Of a DNA stretch of 64,000 bases, positions 40,620 through 52,258 are shown piece after piece. Each line of letters opens with the position of its first letter. Position 1 is the first letter of the stretch. Below the pieces are notes generated by a model. It was not told the DNA's origin and searched no databases. It worked only from the letters and a program-made list of their open reading frames with translations. The translations under genes were made by a program, and so were the position numbers. The stretch lies in assembly GCF_964204645.1 (NCBI RefSeq), contig NC_134027.1, forward strand, positions 15,656,485 through 15,720,484, read 5' to 3'. The DNA is from Tubulanus polymorphus. Taxonomy: Eukaryota > Animalia > Nemertea.

Positions 40620-42377
40620 ATGCCAATTAGTTACTTATATCACCGTATTAGGATAGGTTCTTTTTTCTTGAAAACTCCATCTGCACCGCCAGTGGCTAGC
40701 GTAAGACATGCACCTGACAAAAGACTGTACGTGCCTTTAATATTAAAGCTTTTCATGTACTTATCTCTATTTCTATCCGACGGCATACCTATTATACTTG
40801 TCCGGTTAGTATTATTTGTTATGGTAGTCACGTGCTTTATGATTGGGTGTCTGATGGTGTATGCATGGGTAAAATTCTTAGCAGCAAATAGCAAGCATAC
40901 TTTCAATTTACGCAGTATCTACTTAACTATTTTGGCTATTTTTTCAGTGATCCTACTCCTGGGTAGCGGAAACTTAGTTTATATCTATAAAACACGCTAT
41001 TATATTTTACTTCTATGTAATGATGTCGAAGTCAACCCTGGTCCTGAGACAACAACTGATCTTACTATTTTATTTTCAAATATTAGAAGCATCACTGCTG
41101 ACAATGGACTACGTTTCGATTGTCTCAAATCCCGTATCACTGAATCAAAAGCAAAAGTCGTTGCTCTTTGCGAAGTTGGAGATATTTCAACAAGACTTGA
41201 TGACTTCACAATAGAGGGTTTCTCCATAGGGTATTATACGCCAAATAATCGAGGATTAATTTTATATTATCACGACTCGTTAATCTGTAATGTTAGAAAT
41301 GATCTGATTTCTAAGTGTAACCACTCGATATGGTTAAATATTAAAGAAAAGTTTAAAACGATGTTGTTGTGTATCACTTATAGATCCCCCTCACAACCTC
41401 CGAATGAACGGAAGCGATTTTTTGATTCGATGAAAGCTATTATATGTGACGAACAGAAAAAGATAAATCCACTGAATAATTGTATACATATTATAGGCGA
41501 TTTCAATGCAAAAAAATACACTATGGTGCAACAGCGATGTTACAAATACACCTGGCCGCGAACTGTATCAGATCGCCAGGGATCTTTTTTCTCCCAAATA
41601 GTACATTCTCCAACCCGCGTTACAGCTAGCACCAGCAGCTGTATTGATCTACTTTTTACAGATTCTCCGAGTCTCATTAATGAATGCTCAGTGACCATGC
41701 CTATCGGCAATACAGATCGTAGTACTTTTTTGATCAATGCGGCGTTTCAAAACTCGAAACTGCTACTGAGACGGAAAATAGTCTGGAACTATAATGCTTG
41801 CGATATTACTCGCCTCAACGAATCTATTGAACAATTTGATTGGAATCTTATTTTTCAAACTTTGGACACAAACAGTTTGGCTGAGTCATTTACAAATTCG
41901 CTATTTGCTATTTACCCCTCTCATGTACCGCATAGATCAGTGCACATAAAATCTAACGACCAACCGTGGATAAAAGATTATGTCAAACAGGCCATGAACA
42001 CCCGAAATAGGCTATATAGGCGCTTTAAAACTACTGGCTACGCTTCATACTATTACCGATACAAATCCCAAACCAATATTGTAAATTCTCTAATAAACAA
42101 AGCAAAACGCGAACTGGAAAATAATCTTATCAACAAGCTTGAAAACTCGTCAAAAACCAAGTGCGACTATTGGCATTTGCTAAAAACTTTTCTTGGAGAT
42201 AAATTTTCATCTCAGATTCCTAGCATAATTGATCCTGCTACTTCAACCATGTGCGATACTGAAAGCGAAAAGGCAAAAGTGTTTCTCCGAATCATATCTG
42301 ATAAATATCACTCAAACTCTAAAATTGATGCCTTGCCCCCCTTTGCAAATAGAAGCCCGCACGATATATTCATGCCA
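40620..42377 (+). pseudogene. LINE ORF, 5' part: hydrophobic leader, 2A-like peptide, AP endonuclease
   Basis: DVEVNPGP, NIRS, ALCE, YRSPS, GDFNA, PTRVT..CIDL, QPWI. Confidence 0.88.
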
Positions 42378-42397
42378 CTTCGCTACCGCTCCGCTCC

Positions 42398-42533
42398 GCG
42401 ACCAATTGATTTATTTACAATACACAAATTCATATAATCAAATATATTCAAATGATAATAATTATTCTATTATTCAACTGAAATACACACGGTTATGAAA
42501 ATATATTATAGTTTTTAATTACTTTTAATATAT
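42398..42533 (+). repeat. Left terminal inverted repeat (136 bp)
   Basis: Reverse complement of 55111-55246. Confidence 0.95.
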
Positions 42534-42670
42534 GTTTTTAATGAACTCGACCATTCAACCTTTAACCCGAAAGCCCATTACCCCTATTACTCTTAAAATA
42601 TTCATATATATGAATAAAATATAGATGAATAACTTCTAAAATCAATTTTAATAAAAAATTTAGTATTAAA

Positions 42671-45600
42671 ATGGAAGCAAATAAGTACTACTGTCCAACA
42701 TGTAATATCAATATAGATAAATCCCAAAAAGCAAGACACAATAAAACTAAAACACATTTAAAGAATAAATTGAAACTAGAATATGAAGATGATATATTAG
42801 AAACTAAATTAGAAGAATTAAAGAATGAAAAAGAAACATACAAATGTGATACATGTAATCAATCATTCAGTGATAAAAGATATTATAAAGAACATTTAAA
42901 ATCTATAAGTCATATTAGAAATAAGAATAATGATATTTTAGGTGAAGATTATTTTGATAATGATAACGATAAGAAACAGAAGACAATTAAAAGCATAAAA
43001 AATAAATTAAACAATAAAAGACCATACATGGAAGATGTAAGAAATTATATTAATTCATTAGATAATAAAAAAGATATAGAGATAACCGAAGCATTTAAAA
43101 GTGATATTGGTCCAGCAGCTATCGAGTTTAAATTTCATAAAGGAAAAACATTAGAAGAAAATAAAAAACATTTAGAAAATATGAAAAATATTATAAAAAT
43201 AATTACTGATGTTGAATATCCTAAAATTAGTATATCAGTTAAAGTAAAGTTTATAAAATCTGAAGATAAACCAATATATAATATAAATTCTCATTCACAA
43301 CATATTATATCTAAACAACATATAGATGATAAATTAGATAAATGTTATAATGAAGTAAAAACTAAAATAGAAGAGAAATATTTTGAAAGATCTGGTTTAA
43401 TATTTGATGAGATAATATTTATAACTTTACATGTTTATACAAAATATAATAAGTTAACTAAATCAAAACCAATTGATGAAAATAATTTATCATATTATAA
43501 AGATGATAGTATAAATGGAACAAGTTATATTAAACTACCATTTAAAACTAATGCTGTAATAAATGTACAAAATTTTGATAATAAATGTTTTCTATGGGCT
43601 ATAATAAGTTGTTTACATCCTGCAACTTATAATATTTGTAGATTAACTCATTATAAACCATTTAAAAATAATTATAAGATAGATAAGTATCCTGTTATAA
43701 TTAAAGACATCCCAAAAATAGAAAGAGATAATAATATAAAGATAAATGTGTTTGATTTAATCAAATTACCAAATACAAAAGGTAACAATATAAAACATTA
43801 TACATTAGAACCTTTATATCTATCAAAAGATTATGATTCAAACGATGTTATAGATATACTATATTATGAGAATCATTATATGTGGATTAAACAAATAGAT
43901 TTATTTTTTAAATCAGAAAATGATCACCATAAAATATATCTTTGTAGAAAATGTTTACATAGATTCAGTAATGAAAGTACATTATTAAATCATAAACAAT
44001 TATGTGAAAATCATGATTATTGTAAATTAGTTTTACCAAATGAAAAAGATAAAATATTAGAATTCAAAAAATATGATTACAAAAATAAAGTACCATTTGT
44101 AATATATGGAGATTTTGAATCATTAAATAAAGAACTAACTGATCAAGATAGAAAAGAAATATATTATAAAAGAAAGAAATTAAATTCTAATGAAAATGAT
44201 TTTTCAGATGAACCACCAAAAACAAATACTATTAAAAAGATTCATCAATCAGCTGCAGCTTTCGGGTTATATATTAAATCTGATTATCCAGAACTAATTG
44301 AAAGTGAATATTATAATTATAGAAATGAAAATGTTATCAATCATTTTTGTGACTTATTGATTGAATATGAAATAAGATTTAGTAAATTATTGAATACAAA
44401 TATAGAAATTATAATGACAGAAGAAGATAAAGAAGTATTTGCGTTTGCAGATAAATGTTATTATTGTGAAAAGATATTTAATTATAAAGATAAAAAAGTA
44501 AGAGACCATTATCATTTGAATGGAAAGTTTAGAGGCGCTGCACATGAGAATTGTAACTTACAAGCTAAGAAAATTAACTTTGTACCAGTTATATTTCATA
44601 ATCTATCAGGATATGATGCACATTTATTTATCAAACAGTTATGCTATAAAATAGAAGAAATCAATAATGAAATAGAAATATTAAATTCAAATAGATCAAA
44701 AGATAAAATACCAACTTATAAATTTAGAATGTTAGCTAAAACATCTGAGAATTATATATCATTCCAATTTGGTTGTCTAAGATTTATAGATTCATATAGA
44801 TTTTTAAATAGTTCATTAGATAACTTATCAAAATCATTAGTTGATGATGAATTAAAGATATTAAAAGAATATTACCCAAATAATGATGATTTTAAATTAA
44901 TGAGATATAAAGGAGCAATTCCATATTCTTTCTATAAAAATCATAATGATTTTAAAATAACTGAATTATTGAAAGAACAATTTTATGATGAATTAAAAAA
45001 TGAATATGTTAAAGATGAAGTCTATAATAGAACATTGAATATTTGGAATCATTTCAAAATAGAAAATCATGGGCAATTAGTAGATTTATATTTAAAATCA
45101 GATGTATTATTATTAACCGATATATTCGAAAGGTTTAGAGATGTAAACCTAAAATATTTCAATATTGATCCTTGTCATTGTTATTCATCACCAGGATTAA
45201 CATGGGATTGTGGATTAAAATTTACAGATATAAAAATGGATTTGTTAACAAATATAGATCAATTATTATTATTTGAAAAATCTATAAGAGGAGGTGTTTC
45301 AGGTGTATTAGGTGATAGATATTTCAATGTAAATGATAAACCCGGATATAAGTTATTATATATAGATGCAAATAATTTGTATGGTTGGGCAATGATGGAA
45401 CCACAACCTTATGGAGTATTTGAAATAAGTGAAGTTTTACAGAATGAAAATAATGATAAATTTGATTGGAAGAAAAGAATTCTAGATATTGCAGATGATT
45501 CAGATACTGGTTACTTTTTTGTTGTAGATTTAGAATATCCTGAACATATTAAATTTAAATCTAGAAATCTAGCTTACTGTCCCGAACATAAAACTGTAAC

Positions 45601-46699
45601 TCATGAAGAATTATCAAATTATCAAAAAAGAATTAAACCTGAAAATCATATTCATACAGAAAAGTTAATGGTAACTCAAGAAGATAAATATAATTATGTA
45701 GTACATTATAGAATGTTAAAGTTTTATCTAAATCAAGGAATGATTCTAAAAAAAGTACATAGATATATTTCATTTAACCAATCTAAGTGGTTAGAAAAAT
45801 ATATAGATTTTAACACCAAACAGAGAACTAAAGCTAAAACTGATTTCGAGAAAGATTTCTTCAAGTTAATGAATAATGCATTCTATGGTAAGACTTGTGA
45901 AAATATTAGAAATAGAAATGATATTGAGTTAGTTAGTAATGGTAAAAGAATTAGACATTTACAATCATATCCTAAGTTCATTGGTAACAGAATATTTGAT
46001 GAAAATTTAGCCGCAGTTAAAATGAGAAGAACATCAATGAAATTTAATAAACCAATCTATGTTGGCGCTTCAGTTTTAGAATTATCAAAATTACTAATGT
46101 ATGAATTCTATTATAATGTATTACAACCACTTTTTGGAGAAAAACATATAGAAATATTATATTTTGATACAGATTCTTACATATTAAAGATAAAAACTGA
46201 TAACATAACTGATGATTTAAAAACATTAAAACATCATTTTGATTTTAGTAATTATCCTAAAAATCATGAATTGTTTAGCAATGATAATAAAAAAGTTCCA
46301 GGGAAGTTTAAGGATGAATTAGGTGGTGAAGAAATGATTGAATTCATCGGTATTAGATCTAAAATGTATTCATATAAAACTAAAGAACATGAAGCTAAAA
46401 AGTTAAAAGGAATAACCAAAAGTGTAGTAGAAAAGAATATTCATTTCAAAGATTACATCAATTGTATATTCAATGAAGAAGTTAGAAAACATAAAATGAG
46501 ATGTTTAAGATCTGAAGATCATGAACTGTTTATTGAAGAAATTGAAAAGATAAGTCTAAACCCATTTGATGATAAAAGATATATTTTAGATGATGGAATT
46601 CATACAGTTGCTTATGGTTGTAATTTAGATGAATACTTAAAATTTAAAAGAGAAGAAACAAAAGAGAACGAGATAATGAAAAGAATTCTAACGTGTTAA
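42671..46699 (+). CDS. polB: Protein-primed family B DNA polymerase, intein-free, with N-terminal C2H2 fingers and an endonuclease VII-like insert
   Basis: YGDFES, FHNLSGYD, YLKSDV (exonuclease); RDHYHLNGKFRGAAHENCN; YIDANNLYG, KLMNNAFYGK, YFDTDS. Confidence 0.97.
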   Translation: MEANKYYCPTCNINIDKSQKARHNKTKTHLKNKLKLEYEDDILETKLEELKNEKETYKCDTCNQSFSDKRYYKEHLKSISHIRNKNNDILGEDYFDNDNDKKQKTIKSIKNKLNNKRPYMEDVRNYINSLDNKKDIEITEAFKSDIGPAAIEFKFHKGKTLEENKKHLENMKNIIKIITDVEYPKISISVKVKFIKSEDKPIYNINSHSQHIISKQHIDDKLDKCYNEVKTKIEEKYFERSGLIFDEIIFITLHVYTKYNKLTKSKPIDENNLSYYKDDSINGTSYIKLPFKTNAVINVQNFDNKCFLWAIISCLHPATYNICRLTHYKPFKNNYKIDKYPVIIKDIPKIERDNNIKINVFDLIKLPNTKGNNIKHYTLEPLYLSKDYDSNDVIDILYYENHYMWIKQIDLFFKSENDHHKIYLCRKCLHRFSNESTLLNHKQLCENHDYCKLVLPNEKDKILEFKKYDYKNKVPFVIYGDFESLNKELTDQDRKEIYYKRKKLNSNENDFSDEPPKTNTIKKIHQSAAAFGLYIKSDYPELIESEYYNYRNENVINHFCDLLIEYEIRFSKLLNTNIEIIMTEEDKEVFAFADKCYYCEKIFNYKDKKVRDHYHLNGKFRGAAHENCNLQAKKINFVPVIFHNLSGYDAHLFIKQLCYKIEEINNEIEILNSNRSKDKIPTYKFRMLAKTSENYISFQFGCLRFIDSYRFLNSSLDNLSKSLVDDELKILKEYYPNNDDFKLMRYKGAIPYSFYKNHNDFKITELLKEQFYDELKNEYVKDEVYNRTLNIWNHFKIENHGQLVDLYLKSDVLLLTDIFERFRDVNLKYFNIDPCHCYSSPGLTWDCGLKFTDIKMDLLTNIDQLLLFEKSIRGGVSGVLGDRYFNVNDKPGYKLLYIDANNLYGWAMMEPQPYGVFEISEVLQNENNDKFDWKKRILDIADDSDTGYFFVVDLEYPEHIKFKSRNLAYCPEHKTVTHEELSNYQKRIKPENHIHTEKLMVTQEDKYNYVVHYRMLKFYLNQGMILKKVHRYISFNQSKWLEKYIDFNTKQRTKAKTDFEKDFFKLMNNAFYGKTCENIRNRNDIELVSNGKRIRHLQSYPKFIGNRIFDENLAAVKMRRTSMKFNKPIYVGASVLELSKLLMYEFYYNVLQPLFGEKHIEILYFDTDSYILKIKTDNITDDLKTLKHHFDFSNYPKNHELFSNDNKKVPGKFKDELGGEEMIEFIGIRSKMYSYKTKEHEAKKLKGITKSVVEKNIHFKDYINCIFNEEVRKHKMRCLRSEDHELFIEEIEKISLNPFDDKRYILDDGIHTVAYGCNLDEYLKFKREETKENEIMKRILTC

Positions 46700-46728
46700 T
46701 CAAATTTTAATAAAAATATGTTATTAAA

Positions 46729-47082
46729 ATGGAGAGTAAACAAGCGCACAGTGAGAACAACAAATCATTTCTAGATAGAATAAAAGATACTACAAATGTA
46801 AAATCTGTAGATTATAAATTCAAAAAGTTAACAGAATTAACAATCCATAAGAAATATCTACTTACAAATATTGATACAGTTACTAATAACTATGGAGATA
46901 AATTAGTTATACACTTAGAATATGAAGGATTAAAAGGAAATACATATAAATTCAGAACATATTTACCGGATAGATTTCATAGATTATCAAGTGAAGATTT
47001 AGAAGAATTATGTTCTGGAGATTTCTATTTCGTATATAAAGGTAAGAATGAAAAAGGTCACCATGAATTAGATTTCGAATGA
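46729..47082 (+). CDS. 117-aa protein, possibly a small beta-rich nucleic-acid-binding protein
   Basis: Intact ORF sharing its upstream motif with polB; function is a guess. Confidence 0.7.
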   Translation: MESKQAHSENNKSFLDRIKDTTNVKSVDYKFKKLTELTIHKKYLLTNIDTVTNNYGDKLVIHLEYEGLKGNTYKFRTYLPDRFHRLSSEDLEELCSGDFYFVYKGKNEKGHHELDFE

Positions 47083-47099
47083 GAAAATATGTAAAATAA

Positions 47100-47861
47100 A
47101 TGGCAGAATTAAAAGAATACAGAATATTTGTTGATTCTAGAAGGCTTACAAATTATATATCACATAATTTAATAGTTCAATTAGATAGAGAATTTAAGAA
47201 TTGTGTAGATTTGAAATTAGTTAATATAAGTTTATGTAATTGTTTTTACAATATATCGAATAAAACTATTGAACATAGAGCTTTTTTAATTTTTAATAAA
47301 AATAAAAATGAATGGGTCTATATATATTTAAAACCGGGGTTATATAATTTAGATACATTAGCACAAGAAATTAATAGAAAAGCCTGGCAAAAATTAGGTA
47401 GTAGTTCTGGGTTTAGTATTAGATTTTTAAAAAGTGAGAGTTCTGATAGAATAAAGATAAGGTTGTCTAATAGTGAAAAACATAAATTTATGGTAAAAAA
47501 ACCTATAGCTAAACTGTTAGGAATTCTTCCAGATAGATCTTTTACAAATATTGACGCTACTACACCAAACTTAATACCTTACACACATTTTAATATTTAT
47601 TGCAATTTAATCGATCCTACAAAAACATTCGAAGCAACTAAAGATATAACTTGTAATTCTGGTTTACTAAACATTTTACCATTGAAGAATGTTAAAGAAT
47701 TTGGAACGCAAATAAATTATAATTTAACAGAATGTGATTTCAAACCATGCATTCCTCGTTTTAATAATTTTAGATTAGAAATTAGAAATCATAATGGATA
47801 CTTAATTGATTTAAATAATTTCCCTGTAATTTATGAATTAGTTATAAGATGTAAAGAGTAA
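47100..47861 (+). CDS. Penton-like minor capsid protein
   Basis: IFVDSR..IVQLDR; IYCNLI..LLNILP..FRLEIRNHNGYLIDLN pattern of Polinton/PLV minor capsid proteins. Confidence 0.8.
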   Translation: MAELKEYRIFVDSRRLTNYISHNLIVQLDREFKNCVDLKLVNISLCNCFYNISNKTIEHRAFLIFNKNKNEWVYIYLKPGLYNLDTLAQEINRKAWQKLGSSSGFSIRFLKSESSDRIKIRLSNSEKHKFMVKKPIAKLLGILPDRSFTNIDATTPNLIPYTHFNIYCNLIDPTKTFEATKDITCNSGLLNILPLKNVKEFGTQINYNLTECDFKPCIPRFNNFRLEIRNHNGYLIDLNNFPVIYELVIRCKE

Positions 47862-47877
47862 TTTTTTCATTATATAA

Positions 47878-48219
47878 ATGAATATAACTGTTGGACCGAG
47901 TATATGTTTTGGGTTTGATTTTAAACATGGTAAAGAAATGAGAATTAAACTAAATGATGTAATTACTGATATAAAAAGTAAATCATTTAACAATGCATCA
48001 ATGATTGATAAAGAAAATTATAATATAGAAAAAGTAATTGATTTTATTAAATCACCTTTAGAATATTATGAATTAAATGAAGATGGAATTATTGATGATA
48101 TTAAAAACATATTAACCAAAATATATGATAATCATAAAACTAGTAATGAAATAAATGTTGAAATAATCATCACTAAGATAACTAAATATTTTGATGATAG
48201 TAATTTTTTTGATAAATAA
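47878..48219 (+). CDS. 113-aa hypothetical viral protein
   Basis: Present in four copies. Confidence 0.75.
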   Translation: MNITVGPSICFGFDFKHGKEMRIKLNDVITDIKSKSFNNASMIDKENYNIEKVIDFIKSPLEYYELNEDGIIDDIKNILTKIYDNHKTSNEINVEIIITKITKYFDDSNFFDK

Positions 48220-48441
48220 ATGAGTGATAATAAGTGGATAATAACTGGATTATATAATGGAGCATTACTATCAGTTGGAACTGTTGGTTATTCAATGGTA
48301 TTAAAAAAAGTATTCAAAATGGGAAGTATTAATGTTGATAGATTTGATATAAATGATATTTTAAAATTAACATTAGCAGTTACTTTATCTAATTTAACAA
48401 TTGATTATTTGGAAAAACAAAAATATATTCCTCCCATATAA
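48220..48441 (+). CDS. 73-aa hydrophobic viral protein
   Basis: Present in four copies. Confidence 0.8.
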   Translation: MSDNKWIITGLYNGALLSVGTVGYSMVLKKVFKMGSINVDRFDINDILKLTLAVTLSNLTIDYLEKQKYIPPI

Positions 48442-48465
48442 ATGCATAATTTTTTTGCTAAATAG

Positions 48466-48888
48466 ATGGCTTCTGCAATTATAACTATTATAGGATCGGC
48501 AATTGTTAACGCTTTAGCATTTACTGGTGGTGGTTATTTATTTAAACATATTGATAAAAATAGTTCATTAGGAGAACAAAGAAGGCATAACTTAGCGTTA
48601 GAGAAATATAATAAAGCTGCAGAAGAATATAGAGAAAAGAGACAAAACTATATGGATTACATCAATAAAGAATTATATGATCAGAAGATTTCACATAGAG
48701 ATTTTCAATCAGTTGATGATGCAATGAGTTTACATAACGCGGTAACCAATAAAGAAAAATTACATCTATACAAACCTAAATTATCAGATTATTATACCCC
48801 AAGTAATGAACAGAAGAAATATGAAATAATTTGGATTTTAGGTGGAACAGTTATTGTTATATTTGTAGCATATAAATTTACTAATTAG
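48466..48888 (+). CDS. 140-aa viral protein with hydrophobic termini and coiled-coil middle
   Basis: Present in three copies. Confidence 0.8.
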   Translation: MASAIITIIGSAIVNALAFTGGGYLFKHIDKNSSLGEQRRHNLALEKYNKAAEEYREKRQNYMDYINKELYDQKISHRDFQSVDDAMSLHNAVTNKEKLHLYKPKLSDYYTPSNEQKKYEIIWILGGTVIVIFVAYKFTN

Positions 48889-48907
48889 TAATTTTTTTTC
48901 TAAATAA

Positions 48908-49330
48908 ATGGAAGATAAAGTTGATAATATTGATATTATTCCTCATGATATAAATAAAACTAAATTAAAAATATATTTAGAAAAACAAATATTAGAATTT
49001 GAAAGTGACTTAAAAGTTAAAAAGAAAAAATATCTAAAAAGTAAAATTATATATTATTTGATTATAAGTGGTTCGGTTACAATTAGTTCTGTAATAACAT
49101 TTTTAGCAATATTCAGCCCATTAACACCTTTAGCTATATCAATTGGTGTGTCAAGTGTTTTAACCGGTATAAGTTCAAAATTAAATATAAAAAGTAATAA
49201 AGAAAAAATTAAAACTAATATAAAAGAAATTAATAAATTAAAGAATACACTAGATTATATCATAAGTTTAAATGGTCATATAACAGTTGAAGAACAAGAT
49301 AAATTATTAAAAGAATTAATAAATTATTAA
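48908..49330 (+). CDS. 140-aa viral membrane protein
   Basis: Central hydrophobic hairpin; present in three copies. Confidence 0.8.
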   Translation: MEDKVDNIDIIPHDINKTKLKIYLEKQILEFESDLKVKKKKYLKSKIIYYLIISGSVTISSVITFLAIFSPLTPLAISIGVSSVLTGISSKLNIKSNKEKIKTNIKEINKLKNTLDYIISLNGHITVEEQDKLLKELINY

Positions 49331-49345
49331 TGTTTTAGTATATAA

Positions 49346-50703
49346 ATGGCAGATAGTTTTCCAAAAGCTTTCCAATATAATAAATCAATTAAATATAATA
49401 TTCCAGCAATAGATTTTAATAAAGATATTACATATAGAAATGAAGTTTTAGATTCATTAACTAATTTAGAAATTTATGTTACTGAAACTAATAATTTTAA
49501 TGCAAAGATGGAAAATATATTTCATGTATATTTAATTAATCTTAAAAAATTGAAAGATGAAAAACAATGGTTATTAAAATCTAATATGAAGTATTGGCAG
49601 AATCAATTAAATTTTGCTGTTTATTGTGCAACAACAGGTTGTGGAATTAGTTGGAATGATCATTTGAATAATTCTAAATATAAATTAATTCAAAGTTTAT
49701 TTATATTTCATACATACTTTCAAATCAGAATAATATTAAATAAATTAGAGTGTGCTTTACCAGGATCTAGGTATTTCAAAGATTTAGATAATAATATTAA
49801 TTTATCTAAGTTTTATAAAATTTGCAATGAATTTAATATAGATATAAATAATTCTGATTTTAGAACAAAAATTGGGACAATAAGATCACTTCCTTGCCCT
49901 AAAAAGATTGCAGAATATTGTGCACTTCCCATACCATCCAATAAATTAGGTTATGGTAAAATAGAAACTAAGGATTTAGAAACATTAAATTTCAATAAAT
50001 TACCGAAATTTTATGATCATTTAAAACAAGAAAACAATAATGGTTGGGTTTATTTTATTTTAGAAAATAGTGAAGGTTTTACTAAATCAGGTATAGAAAG
50101 AATAAATCAATCTATTAGAACTTATTTGATTTGTATTCTAGGATCACAAGTTGAAACAAGATCACCGATAATTGGAAATTTGAATACATCATTCGAAACA
50201 CAAAAACAATTTAAAGTTTTATTTGAAGATTCCATACATAATGATAAAAAAATAGATCGATTCCAGAAAACATTATAAGATATCAAAATTATTTAGATAA
50301 ATCTCATGTAAGACTTAATTATTGTATAGGCCCTAATCTATTAATTATTTCTAATGATTTAGTATTAAAGATGGGAAACATAATTGGTTATAATAATCTA
50401 ATTAAAACTGCAACAATAAATAATTCATTTGGATTGAATGATATAAATAAAAAGATTATTACTGCTCCAAAATTAATGGAAGGAGAAAAAAATAAAAAAC
50501 ATTCAATCAACTGAAACTAAAACTAAGAATATTAAATTAAATAATGATTCTAAAATAAAAGATTATAATACATCAGAAAATATAAAAACTGATATTATTC
50601 AACATGATATAATTAAACCAAATGATGATAATAAATCCCATGAAAATACTAAATTAGCTATAACTTGTATAGGAATTGTAATCGGAGGAATATTATATTT
50701 TAA
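49346..50703 (+). CDS. ~450-aa viral protein with C-terminal TM segment (frameshifts near 50250 and 50500)
   Basis: Homologue 16543-17121 reads through both shifts. Confidence 0.75.
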
Positions 50704-50726
50704 ATTTTAATTTTTTTATTATGTAA

Positions 50727-52191
50727 ATGGCAGAAGGTGGGGAAGATATTCCATTTGATACTTTTGGTGATGAACCCGGTATAAGTGATGAACCAAAACC
50801 TGATTTTAATGAAACTAATATTGATAATGATGATGAATCAGCATATAATTCTAATATAGCAGATAGTGGTTCTAAAGTCCCATCAACAGAAAAAATGATA
50901 GAAGAATTAGATCGAGAATACCTGCTGAATATGAAAATCAAGGTTTATCGAGTCGAGATTTAGAAAATAAAAAATTTATATATAAATTCCAACCTGTATT
51001 TGAAAGATCTGGATATAATATAAATGACAGAGGGGCCAGATTTTTAGTAGAAGATTTAAAATATTTAGATGGTGAATAATATTATAAATTGAAAGATGAT
51101 TATTATATTAATATCACTAATCAAAGTACAAGACTAAGTAAAATATTAGCAGAATCAACTTTGCTTAAGTTAGAACCAGATAGAATTAAGAGAATAATTA
51201 ATAGTAATGAAATAACCAATGTTACACAAGAAGAAAGAGATGATAATATAAGAGTATTTAGTCAAAGAATTGATGACTTATTTGAAATAATCGATAATAA
51301 TTTAGAACCAGAAACAAGTTCTGAACAGAATAAAACTTCCAAAACTAGTAGACCTAATTCAAGAGAAGTTCAAACTGAAAAAATTTTACCGAAGGGATTA
51401 CTTGATGCAACAGATCAAGAATTAGAAGATTTAGATATATTTTCTGATAAAGCAATTAGAGAAATTATTAGTATAAGAAATGCATCTGATAAAATTGCGC
51501 ATGATAAAAGTATAAGAGATTTTAAAATTAGAACTGTAGAAAAATAATTAACTGATAAAAATAAAGAAATAGAACAATTAAAATTAGATATAGATAATAA
51601 AGTTATTGAAGAAATTGAATATAGGCGAAAAGAATTACGCTTAGAAAAAGAAATAGATTATTTAGAATATAACATAGAATTACAAAAAGAAGAAATTAAA
51701 TCATTATTAAAATCATATGATTATAATATAAATAGATTAAAAGATGTTTTTAAAAGATATCTAATAAAACCAGATTCTGAAATATCATTGAAAGATAGAA
51801 TAAAGTTATTATTTAAATTAGAAGGAATAACAATTCTTTCAATTCTAACAGCTGTAACTATGTTATTTACAACAATAGGTTTAGCTATATCAAATGCTTT
51901 AAAATCTACTCCTACTCCCACTCCCAATAAACCAGATAAACCCCCAGGTAATAATTCTATACAAGATAAAGTTAAAGATGGTTTAAAGAAATTAGCAAAA
52001 TATTTATGGGAACTATTAAAAAATCTGCTGCAGCTTTACCAGGAATTATTGCATCAATTGTTGGTTTTAAATTGAAATCTGCAGGAAACATTATTAACTT
52101 TGCTGCTGAACATATTATTTTATTTTTAATTACAGTTGTAAGTGCTATTATTTTTGGGTTAGTAAATATGATATCAAAAAATATCAAGTAA
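50727..52191 (+). CDS. ~480-aa acidic/coiled-coil protein with C-terminal TM helices and Pro-rich linker (several frameshifts)
   Basis: ORF pieces 50727, 51089, 51788 and 52006 are contiguous. Confidence 0.65.
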
Positions 52192-52258
52192 CCATGATAT
52201 CAAAAAACATCAAGTAAACCATGATCAAAAATAAATAATTAATTTTTTTGTTAAATAA

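Noticed and set aside
42373-42377. TGCCA at both virus junctions as a TSD
   Set aside because: CCA belongs to the viral spacer and the T at 55456 to the viral end; LINE sequence appears deleted between the junctions
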